Source: Malacoraja senta
Taxonomy: Eukaryota
Assembly (NCBI GenBank): GCA_038087875.1
Contig: JAXLNO010000645.1
Span: forward strand, 1-64,000
DNA length: 64,000 nt
Direction of reading: 5' to 3'
Both the position numbers and the translations under genes were made by a program. The notes below the pieces were generated by a model. The model saw nothing but the letters and a program-made list of their open reading frames with translations, made no database searches and was not told where the DNA came from. Below are positions 1 to 8,435 of the stretch, piece after piece; positions within the stretch are counted from its first letter, which is position 1, and each line of letters begins with the position of its first letter.

Positions 1-485
1 AAAATATCCTTTTAGATTTAATACAGGACAATTCCGGGATAAAAAAATCACAACTTAAAATTAAAGGGTAACTTCTTCAGGACAGAAATGAGATATTTCT
101 TCACTCAGAATATAATTGCATTCCAGCAAGATCAAAACATTATCGATTCCAACAAGTAAACTGCTGCAAAACCACTATTGTAAAAATGAATACATTGTCA
201 GAGATATTCAGCAGGCCAGGCAGCAGCTGTGGAGGTAGAAGCTGAGTGACTGTTTCAGAATAATATTCTTTCCTCGCAGCTGGGGAAAGTTGTCAGATGG
301 AGACAAACTAGAAGGATGTGGGAGATGGTCTGAATGGCCTCTGTCCCAGATCAATATTAATGTCAGTGATCCACTCCAGAGCCCAGGGAACTAACTGATC
401 CATTCCTCACTGACACCAATCTCTGGGGCTGTGATGGTCTGAGAAGGAGCAGCAGCATCTTCCCCGTACCCAGGCCCCGGAGAGG
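1..485. repeat. Left arm of a diverged inverted duplication (partner 1021-1725); probably extends beyond the window start
   Basis: The reverse complement of 446-485 (cctctccggggcctgggtacggggaagatgctgctgctcc) matches 1021-1060. The reverse complement of 1-140 matches ~1562-1725 (ttctgagtgaagaaatat...ctgaagaagttaccc...gatatttt). The match is colinear throughout. ~50-110 resembles a decayed CR1 3' coding end (HNLKLKGNFFRTEMRYFFTQ). Confidence 0.9.
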
Positions 486-545
486 TCATTTATGCGGCAT
501 CGTCTGCACGCTCGCTCTCCATGTCAAAGCTCCCTGGAGTCTCAC

Positions 546-573
546 CTCGGAGCCGCGCCTGTGTCCCAGACAT
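546..573 (-). CDS. Candidate first coding exon of an unidentified gene (MSGTQARLR, phase 1)
   Basis: Minus strand reads aagaccATGTCTGGGACACAGGCGCGGCTCCGAG|GTGAGA: Kozak purine at -3 and a consensus splice donor, ~240 bp downstream of the TATA box. Too short to recognise a protein. Confidence 0.3.
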
Positions 574-739
574 GGTCTTGTCTCCTTCAGCAGCTTCTCC
601 CTCGGTCTCCCTTCCTAGGCTCACACTCCCACATCTCCTCACCTACACACTGACTAAACCCCTCGATCACTGAAGCGTCACCTCAACGAAACCTCACGAT
701 CAAACTGCTCCTCACGACCAGACCTCGACTCGACTAAAC

Positions 740-1015
740 CCCACGTCACTGAAACCAATCTCGCGCCCGCCTCCAATAACCAACAGCTGCCTCGTCCTCG
801 CTCCCGCTATTTATAGACTCGGCCATTGGCTGGGGCGGGGCTTGTGTCAACGTCAACGCGTGTGCGCCCCTCCCCTCCCCCCCTCCCCTTCCCCACCTCC
901 ACCGGATCTCTCGGGCAGTGCGCCTGCGCCGCTCTCCGCGCTCGGCCCCGCCCCTCGGTTGGCGCCGCAATGGCCCGGGGGGGAGGGAGAGGGGCGGAGC
1001 AGGGGCTATGAATAG
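740..1015. promoter_or_regulatory. CpG-island-like Pol II promoter, main orientation probably minus, possibly bidirectional
   Basis: GC- and CpG-rich. TATAAATA on the minus strand (ctatttatag, 807-816). CCAAT boxes at ~755, ~773 and attgg 825-829. GC boxes ggggcggggc 832-841, ccccgcccc ~946 and ggggcggagc 991-1000. NRF1-like tgcgcctgcgc ~919-929. Confidence 0.65.
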
Positions 1016-1020
1016 AGGGT

Positions 1021-1725
1021 CCTCTCCGGGGCCTGGGAATGGGGAAGATGCTGCTGCTCCTTCATCTCCTCATCAGAACATCACAACCACCAGGAATCGG
1101 TGTCAGTGAGGAATGGATCACTGACAGTAATATTGATCTGGGAGGCCATTTAGACCATCTCCCTCATCTTTCTTTTTGTCTGTCTCCATCTGACAACTTT
1201 CCCCAGCTTTGAGGAAAGAATATTAACCTGAAACATTCACCCAGTTTCTCCCTCTACAGATGCTGCCTGTGTTGCTGATTATCTTCAACAACGTACTATT
1301 TTTTCCATTCGTGGTTTTGCAGCAGCCACTGAGTGCTGCTCGCCTGCTCCTGAATTCAGTATGCGGGAAGCCCATGATAGTCACTGTCTTCATTGCCACT
1401 AATGTAGACACTGATGCCTGTTGGCAGGAAGCTGCAATCTTGAATATTGACAGGCACCATTTTGGGTCTGGACCTTTCAGGCAGATCATGCCTGACCTGC
1501 ACCTTAAATGCAGTTTCCTCTCTTATTGTGATATGGTTTATTACTTCTTAGAATCAATTATATGTTGATCTTGCTCAAATGCAATTAACAGCTTTTTTTT
1601 AACCCTTAAAAAATATTCTGAGTGAAGAAATATTTAATTTCTATCCTGAAGAAGTTACCCTTTATTTTAAGTTGTTGATACTTTATCCTGGAATTGTCTG
1701 GTATTAAATAAACAATTGATATTTT
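1021..1725. repeat. Right arm of the inverted duplication, with ~210 bp extra at ~1326-1540
   Basis: Matches the left arm in reverse up to gtggttttgcagcag (1311-1325) and resumes at ttacttcttagaatc (~1541). Confidence 0.88.
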
Positions 1726-2009
1726 AAAATCTGTTTTGGAATTAATATCTGATGATTACACATTATGCACCAGAGTGTATCAGGTACAATGTTTGGTTTT
1801 CCAGGATGCTGACAAGTTCAAAGACTGGCTGCCAGGATATTCTGCTATCATCACTTCTTCAAGCTCAAAGTTGAGCCGCCAGGGAGATATCTGCACTGTC
1901 AGCACTGCTTACGGCAAATGTGAACTGCAGAAAGAAGCCTGTGATCACCACAACTCCTTCAAAGATCACAGGACTAAGTTGTTGAGACAAGCCCGAGATC
2001 ACCAGTATC

Positions 2010-2176
2010 TTGCCTTACAGCGCCAGAGACCCAGGTTCGATCCCGAATATGGGTGCTTGTCTGTACAGAGTTTGTACCTTCTTCTCGTGACCTGTGTGTG
2101 TTTTCCCTGAGATCTTCGGTTTCCTCCCACACCAAAGAGGTACAGTTTGCAGGTTAATTGGCTTCGTATAAATGTA
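2010..2176 (+). mobile_element. tRNA-derived SINE fragment (V-SINE/HE1-like)
   Basis: B box GGTTCGATCC (~2034-2043) followed by the V-SINE-like core ggtttcctcccacaccaaaga...aggttaattggc. Confidence 0.75.
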
Positions 2177-2598
2177 CAAGTGTAGGCTTGGCAATCGCTT
2201 CGCCGAACACCTCCGCTCGGTCCGCATTAACCAACCTAATCTCTCGGTGGCTCAGCGTTTCAACTCCCCCACCCATTCTGAATCCGAACTTTCTGTCCTG
2301 GACCTCCACCATGGCCAGAGTGAGGACCACCAGAAATTGGAACAACACCTCATATTTTGCTTGGGCAGTTTGTACCCCAGCGGCATGAACATTGAGTTCT
2401 CCAATTTCGGGTAGCCCTTACTCTCTCCTCCCCTTCTCAGCTCACCCTCAGTCCTCTCTCCTCCTCCTCTTCCTTTCTTCTTCCTGCCCCCTCCCTACAT
2501 CAGTCTGAAGTAGGGTTTCGGCCTGAAACGTTGCCTATTTCTTTCACTCCATAGATGTCGCCGCACTCGCTGAGTTTCTCCAATATTTTTATGTACCT
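2177..2598 (+). mobile_element. Penelope-like retroelement 3' fragment (GIY-YIG C-terminus plus pseudo-LTR region)
   Basis: Translates KCRLGNRFAEHLRSVR...LEQHLIFCLGSLYPSGMNIEFSNF, the C-terminal half of the PLE GIY-YIG domain. A pyrimidine tract and a hammerhead-like motif follow. Confidence 0.85.
2505..2533 (+). ncRNA. Decayed minimal hammerhead ribozyme motif
   Basis: CTGAAG(T)-AGGGTTTCGGCCT-GAAACGTT: CUGANGA box with one substitution, short stem II, GAAA box, palindromic ACGT stem III. Confidence 0.6.
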
Positions 2599-2599
2599 G

Positions 2600-2692
2600 C
2601 CATTTCTCCGCCAATTTCTGCATCTGATCCTCATCCCGCCATATCTTCTTCACTGTCTGCAACTCCTCCAATCTTGGTGTCATCAGCAAACT
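2600..2692 (-). mobile_element. Old CR1 LINE reverse-transcriptase fragment
   Basis: Minus strand reads FADDTKIGGVADSEED then DQMQKLAEKWQ, the RT catalytic region. Confidence 0.75.
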
Positions 2693-2924
2693 CACTCAGC
2701 CACAGATCGCCAGCATCTTCACACATGCGTTCTGATGGACGGACAGCGCATCCTGGACATTTTTGCCGCTGTAAATAGAATAAAACACCTGAGTTCACCG
2801 TGTTATTGTGAATGTCGGAGTGATCACTGCTGAACCCGGCTCTCTTTAAACGCCACTCATATTGCCTCCTTCAGTGAGATCACAACCTGGACCCTAAGAT
2901 CCCACTGCACATCAATTATGTCAA

Positions 2925-3055
2925 TGAATAAGGGTCTTGACCTGAAACGTCACCCATTCCTTCTATGTCAAGAATGAATATTGCTTTCTTTAACTTCAAG
3001 TACACCGGCGCTCGCTCTCTCTCCATCCCTCCCCCACCAAAGTCACACCAGCTAG
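2925..3055 (+). mobile_element. Rearranged Penelope-like terminal fragments (decayed hammerhead motif, then ORF end)
   Basis: atgaataagggtcttgacctgaaacgtcacccattcc, followed by atgaatattgctttctttaacttcaagta, which resembles the MNIEFSNF end at 2385-2410. Confidence 0.65.
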
Positions 3056-3727
3056 GTCTTGAATTTTCATGGCTTTTTACGTCTTGAATTTTCGTGGTTT
3101 TAACGTCTTGAATTTTCGTGGCTTTTCATGTCGAATTTTCGTGGCTTTTCACGTCTTCAATTTTGATGACATTTCATGCCTTGAATTTTCGTGGCTTTTC
3201 ATTTCTTGAATTTTCGTGGCTTTTCATGTCTTGGTTTTTCGTGGCTTTTCACGTCTTGAATTGTCGTGGCTTTTCACGTTTTGAATAGTCATTGATTTCC
3301 ACGTCTTGAAATTTCGTGGCTTTTCAAGTCTTGAATTTTTGTGGGGGGTTTTCACGTCTTGAATTTTCGTGGATTTTCAGGTCTTGAATATTGGTGTCTT
3401 TTCATGTCTTGATTTTCGTGCCTTTTCATGTCTTGAATTTTCGTGGCTTTTCATGTCTTGAATTTTTGTGGCTTTTCATGTCTTGAATTGTCGTGGCTTT
3501 TCATGTCTATTTTTCGTGGCTTTTCACGTCATGAATTTTCGTGGCTTTTCACGTCTTGAATTTTGTGGCTTTTCAAGTTTTGAAATGCCGTTGCCTTTTA
3601 CGTTTTGAATTTTTGTGAATTTTAACGTCTTCAATTTTCGTGGCTTATAACGTCATGAATTTTTGTAGCTTTTAAAGTCATGAATTTTTGTGGCTTTTCA
3701 CGTTTTGAATTTTCGTGGCTTTTCATG
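3056..3727 (+). repeat. Small 25-bp satellite block, ~27 monomers, a variant of the main satellite
   Basis: Unit GTCTTGAATTTTCGTGGCTTTTCAC versus main-array GTCCTGAATTTTCGTCGCTTTTCAC. Confidence 0.95.
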
Positions 3728-3832
3728 ACCTGAAACGTCACCCATTCCTTCTCGCCAGAGATGCTGCCTCTCCCGTTGAGTTACTCCAGCATTTCGTGCC
3801 AATCTTCGGTTTAAACCGGCATCTGCAGTTGC
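3727..3832 (+). mobile_element. Penelope-like terminal region (3' half of hammerhead motif plus downstream sequence)
   Basis: gacctgaaacgtcacccattcc...agagatgctgcc...gagttactccagc...gcatctgcagtt, similar to 2521-2590 and to the reverse complement of 5105-5200. Confidence 0.7.
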
Positions 3833-3849
3833 ATCCAACACTGTTAATA

Positions 3850-3932
3850 ATTTAGTTTAGTTTCGAGATACAGCGCGGAAACAGGCCCACCGATTCCGCA
3901 CTGACCAACGATCCCCGCACATTATCACTATT
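3850..3932 (-). mobile_element. SINE/CR1-type 3' tail with (CTAAA)n end; a second copy lies at ~5041-5098
   Basis: tttagtttagtttcgagatacagcgcggaaacaggccc shares the ggcctgtttccg.gctgta terminal motif with the CR1 3' ends at 19390 and 24175. Confidence 0.65.
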
Positions 3933-3935
3933 AAT

Positions 3936-4955
3936 AGGTTGAAGGCCAAGAGTAAAGTCAATAACACCGCCATCATGGAGCTTCTGCACAGGGACGACTG
4001 CTCCATTGCAGCACACTCTGCAGAAGACCTCCAGGGCATCCTGAATGCCTTTGCCAAGGCATACAGAGCCATGGGCCTAGACCCAGGTCCCACATCAACC
4101 TCCACCCAACCAGCCATCTAAAAATCGACGACACCACTCTTGAAAACATTGACCACTTCCCCAACCTTGGCAGCATTCTTTCTTCAAAAGCTGACATCGA
4201 CTCTGAGGTCAACAATTGCCTGAGTTGTGCCAATGGAGCCTACGCCAGACTCAGGAGAAGAGTCTTGGAAGACCGAGACCTAAAGGTTCAAACAAAACTG
4301 CTGGTCTACAGAGCCGTTGTCCTCTAACACCCAGTTGTATGGAGTTGAGTAATGGATCACCTGCAGCAGGCACCTGAGAGTTCTGGAACAATATCATCGA
4401 AGATCCTTACGAAAAATTCTGAGGATCAGCTGGGAGGACAAACGCACCAACATCACCGTTTTGGAGGAAGCCAACATGACCAGCATCACCAACACATTAA
4501 TGCAGCACCAACTTTGATGGACTGGCCATATCATCCTCAAGTTCAACATAGTCTCCTTAAACAAATACTGTACTCTCAACTGAAGGAAGGTCGGCGAGCC
4601 CCCGGCGGGCCAAAGAAAAGCTTCAAGGTCAACAGCAAGAACAGTCTGAAGAATTTCCACATCACTTCAAGCAACTGGGAGTGCATTGCACTAGACATGC
4701 ATTCCTGCAGGAAGTCCGTGCAGGAATGAGCTGCACTTCACGAAATGGATCCATGATGTGTCGCAGATACAAAGCGACAGCAGCATAAGGAGAGAGAGAG
4801 AAGGAGGCTCGACACTACCAACTGCTATCTCCACTGCTCACGTTGCACCAAGGTGCGTGGATCGTGGATCGGCCTTTACATACGTCTGCAGACCCACAAG
4901 TGGATGACCCTGTGGAGAGGACTATCATACTCGTTTCGAGTGACCGCCGATGATC
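3936..4955 (+). mobile_element. 5'-truncated, decayed RTE-clade LINE (RT C-terminal half)
   Basis: ELLHRDDCSIAAHSAEDLQ (decayed YADD motif), HFPNLGSILSSKADIDSEVN, KVQTKLLVYRAVV, KQILYSQLKEGRRAPGG, and a terminal C2H2-like remnant. Many stops and frameshifts. Confidence 0.85.
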
Positions 4956-5098
4956 ACACAAGAGAGACAATTTAAACTGTTATGCCATGCCATTTATGTA
5001 TATAATGTAAATAAATGAGCTGGACATCAATGTTGATTGGTTAAGTTTAATTTCGAGATACAGTGCGGAGACAGACCCGCCCACCGAATCCGCACCGA

Positions 5099-5480
5099 GG
5101 AAGGAACGGCAGATGCTGGTTTACACCGAAGATAGACACAAAAGCTGGAGTAATCCAGCGGGGCTCGCAGCATATCTGGGGAAAAGGTGACGTTTTGGTT
5201 CGAGACCCTTCTTCAGACTGAGAGGCAGGTGAAAGGGAAACGAGAGGTATGGAAAGGTACAGAACAAATCAGGCCGAAACGATGGCCCAGGAAAGGTGGA
5301 GCCCACAATGGTCTATTGCTTGTCATGGAAGAGATACAAACATGGAAACTAGCAGAACAATAAAGTGGGGGAGGAACAGAAAGAGGAAAGCAAGGGTTAC
5401 TTGAGGTTAGAGAAGGCAATGTTCTTACAGCTGGGGTGTAAGCCGCCCAAGCGAAATATGAGGTGTTATTCTTCCAATTC
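5099..5480 (-). mobile_element. Penelope-like 3' fragment with hammerhead-like motif at ~5189-5216
   Basis: Minus strand gives ELEE*HLIFRLGGLHPS...FSNLK, and later cagtCTGAAGAAGGGTCTCGAACCAAAACGTCacc. Confidence 0.8.
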
Positions 5481-5597
5481 AGTTGTTTGTAACTATGAAA
5501 CACCAGTATGTAGCTAGCTATCCAGTCTGTAGCCATATAGCTAGCTACCTAGTCAACCAGTTGGTAGCTCAGCCTCGGTAGCTACCTAGCTGTCCAG

Positions 5598-5843
5598 ATT
5601 GTATTGCAGGTGCTCTCCCCTAAATCTACCCTAAATTTACAGATGCCCTCCCTACTGCACCATTTAAAGGTGCCCTCCTCTAATTCACCATTTACAGATG
5701 CCCTCCTAATTCACCATTTAAAGGTGCCCTTCCCTAAATCCCCCTCCCATTTACATGCCCTACCCTAAATCCACATTCAGAGGTGCCCTTCCCTAAACTA
5801 CCCTGTTGCTAGGCACCCTCCCCTATATGTAGCCATCTAGCTA
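5598..5843 (+). repeat. ~240-bp direct repeat, copy 1, built of ~27-30 bp GTGCCCTCCCCTAA.. subunits
   Basis: Colinear with 8018-8275 (ctctcccctaaatctaccctaaatttacagat...tatgtagccatctagcta). Confidence 0.9.
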
Positions 5844-5916
5844 CATAGTTTTGCAGTATGTAGCCTCAGTCTAGCTCAGTCTACCTAGCTATCCAGTACG
5901 GTGCTCAGTCTAACTA

Positions 5917-7498
5917 CAGTGGCTTGCAAAAGTATTCATACCCCTTGAACTTACAACCACAAACGTAACCACGTTACAACCACAAACGTAAATGTATTTT
6001 ATTGGGATTTTATGCGATAGACGAACACAAAGTGGCGCATAATTGTGAAGTGGAAAGAAAATGATACATGGTTTTCAAATTTTTTTACAAATAAAAAACT
6101 GAAAAGTGTCGCGTGCAAAAGTATTCAGCCACCTTTACTCTGATACCCCTAAATAAAATCCAGTGCAACCAATTGCCTTCAGAAGTCACCTAATTAGTAA
6201 ATAGAGTCCACTTGTGTGTAATCTAATCTCAGTATGAATAGAGCTGTTCTGTGAAGGCCTCAGACGTTTGATAGAGAACATTAGTGAGCAAACAGCATCA
6301 TGAAGCCCAAGGAACACACCAGACAGGTCAGGGATAAAGTTGTGGAGACGTTAAAAGCAGGGTTATGTTATAAACAAATATCCCAAGCATTGAACATCTC
6401 ACGGAGCACTGTTCAATCCATCATCCGAAAATGGAAAGAGTATGGCACAACTGCAAAACTACCAAGACATGGCCGTCCACCTAAACTGACAGGCCGGGCA
6501 AGGAGAGCATTGATCAGAGAAGCAGCCAAGAGGCCCATGGTAACTCTGGAGGAGCTGCAGAGATCCACAGCTCAGGTGGGAGAATCTGTCCACAGGACAA
6601 CTATTAGTCGTGTACTCCACAAATCGGGCCTTTATGGAAGAGTGGCAAGAAGAAAGCCATTGTTGAAAAAAAGCCATAAGAAGTCCCGTTTGCAGTTTGG
6701 CACAAGCCATGTGGGGGGCACAGCAAACATGTGGAGGAAGGTGCTCTGGTCAGATGAGACCAAAATTGAAGGTCTCAATTTTGGTCTAAATGCAAAACGC
6801 TATGTGTGGCGGAAACCTAACACTGCACATCACCCTGAACACACCATCCCCACTGTGAAACATGGTGGTGGCAGCATCATGCTGTGGTGAAGCTTTTCTT
6901 CAGCAGGGACAGGGAAGCTGGTCAGAGTTGATGGGAAGATGGATGGAGCCAAATACAGGGCAATCTTGGAAGAAAACCTGTTAGAGTCTGCAAAAGACTT
7001 GAGACTGGGGCGGAGGTTCACCTTCCAGCAGGACAATGACCCTAAACATACAGCCAGAGCTACAATGGAATGGTTTAGATCAAAGCATATGCATGTGTTA
7101 GAATGGCCCAGTCAAAGTCCAGACCTAAATCCAATTGAGAATCTCTGGCAAGACTTGAAAATTGCTGTTCACAGACGCTCTCCATCCAATCTGACTGAGC
7201 TTGAGCTATTTTGCAAAGAAGAATGGGCAGACATGTCAGTCTCTAGATGTGCAAAGCTGGTAGAGACATGCCCCAAAAGACTTGCAGCTGTAATTGCAGC
7301 GAAAGGTGGTTCTACAAAGTATTGACTCAAGGGGGCTGAATACTTTTGCACGCGACATTTTCCTTCCTCTTCACAATTATGCACCACTTTGTGTTGGTCT
7401 ATCACATAAAATCCTAATAAAATACATTTACGTTTGTGGTTGTAATGTGACAAAATGTGGACAAATTCAAGCGGTATGAAAACTTGTGCAAGCCACTG
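5917..7498 (+). mobile_element. Tc1/mariner DNA transposon, IR/DR type, Passport(PPTN)-like
   Basis: TA|CAGTGGCTTGCAAAAGTATTCATACC ... GGTATGAAAACTTGTGCAAGCCACTG|TA with TA target duplication. Long TIRs with inner direct repeats (tgcaaaagtattcagcc ~6114; ggctgaatacttttgca ~7334). Length 1582 bp. Confidence 0.97.
6300..7325 (+). pseudogene. DD34E Tc1 transposase with one in-frame stop (TGA 6888-6890)
   Basis: ORFs 6300-6890 and 6939-7325 share a frame. Paired-like HTH, GRPPK, WSDE, QQDND-x-NPIENLW with 34 residues between the second D and E. Confidence 0.95.
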
Positions 7499-8017
7499 TA
7501 TATATCTAGCTATCCAAGTATGTAGCTCAATCTAGTTAGCTACCTATCTGTCCAGTATGTAGATCACTCTAGATAGCTACCTATCTATCCAGTATGTAGA
7601 TCCCTCTAGCTAGCTACCTAGCTATCCAGTACGTTGCTCAGTCTAGCTATCTATCTAGCTATCCAAGTATGAAGCTCAGTCTAGCTATCTATCTAGCTAT
7701 CCGGGTATGTAGCTTAATCTAGTTAGCTACCTAGCTATCCAGTATGTAGCTCAGTTTTGCTATCTACCTAGCTATCCAGTATGTAGCCATTTAGCTAGCT
7801 ACCAAGCAATACAGGATGTAGCCATCTAGCTGGCTCAATTGTGATCATGTTTTGTCTTTTTGCTAACTGGTTAGCTCGCGACTAAAGCTTTTCACTGTAC
7901 CTCGGTACACGTGAGAATAAATTAATGAGGGGAAAGAATTATATGAGATTGTTACGTGGATTGGTGTAACAACACACCAGTTGTTGTTGTAAAGCTTCAG
8001 TTGTTGTTGTTGCTCAT

Positions 8018-8275
8018 ATTGTATTGCTTCTTTACAGGGGCTCTCCCCTAAATCTACCCTAAATTTACAGATACCTTCCCTACTGCACCATTTAAAGGTG
8101 CCCTCCCCTAATTCACCATTTACAGATGCCCTCCTAATTCACAGTTTAAAGGTGCCCTCCCCTAAATCCCCCTCCCATATTCATGCCCTCCCCTAAATCA
8201 AAATGTACAGGTGCCCGTCCCTAAACCCCCCCCCCTATTTCTGGGCACCCTCCCCAATATGTAGCCATCTAGCTA
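8018..8275 (+). repeat. ~240-bp direct repeat, copy 2
   Basis: Colinear with 5598-5843. Confidence 0.9.
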
Positions 8276-8435
8276 ATATTATGCATCCAGTAATTTTACT
8301 TCGGAGTCACGTGAGTGTTGGGTGGAGCAGAGCTACTCCAAGCAGTGCAAAAATCCTGAAGGTAAGTGGTTTCACTTTTGCTTTTAGGTCGCTTTCTTCC
8401 GGAAGACTTTGTGCTGTGTGCCAGACAAGTCTAAT

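Larger units (their letters stand above)
5502..7835. repeat. 37-bp TAGC-rich minisatellite (5502-5597, 5826-5916, 7499-7835), interrupted by the Tc1 element
   Basis: Unit ~CTAGCTATCCAGTATGTAGCTCAGTCTAGCTAGCTAC, with about nine copies at 7505-7835. Confidence 0.8.

Noticed and set aside
650..755. Imperfect direct repeat gactaaaccc..tcactgaa (two copies) in the putative 5' UTR
   Set aside because: Only two short degenerate copies and no interpretable structure.
746..1109. GC-rich ORFs over the promoter
   Set aside because: Low-complexity R/G/P translations expected in a CpG island; no recognisable domain.
5606..5825. Interstitial telomere
   Set aside because: CCCTAA words are isolated within ~27-30 bp units, not tandem (CCCTAA)n.
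7836..7925. Probable LINE/SINE 3' tail (aaagcttttcactgtacctcggtacacgtgagaataaa)
   Set aside because: Too short to assign a family without a database search.
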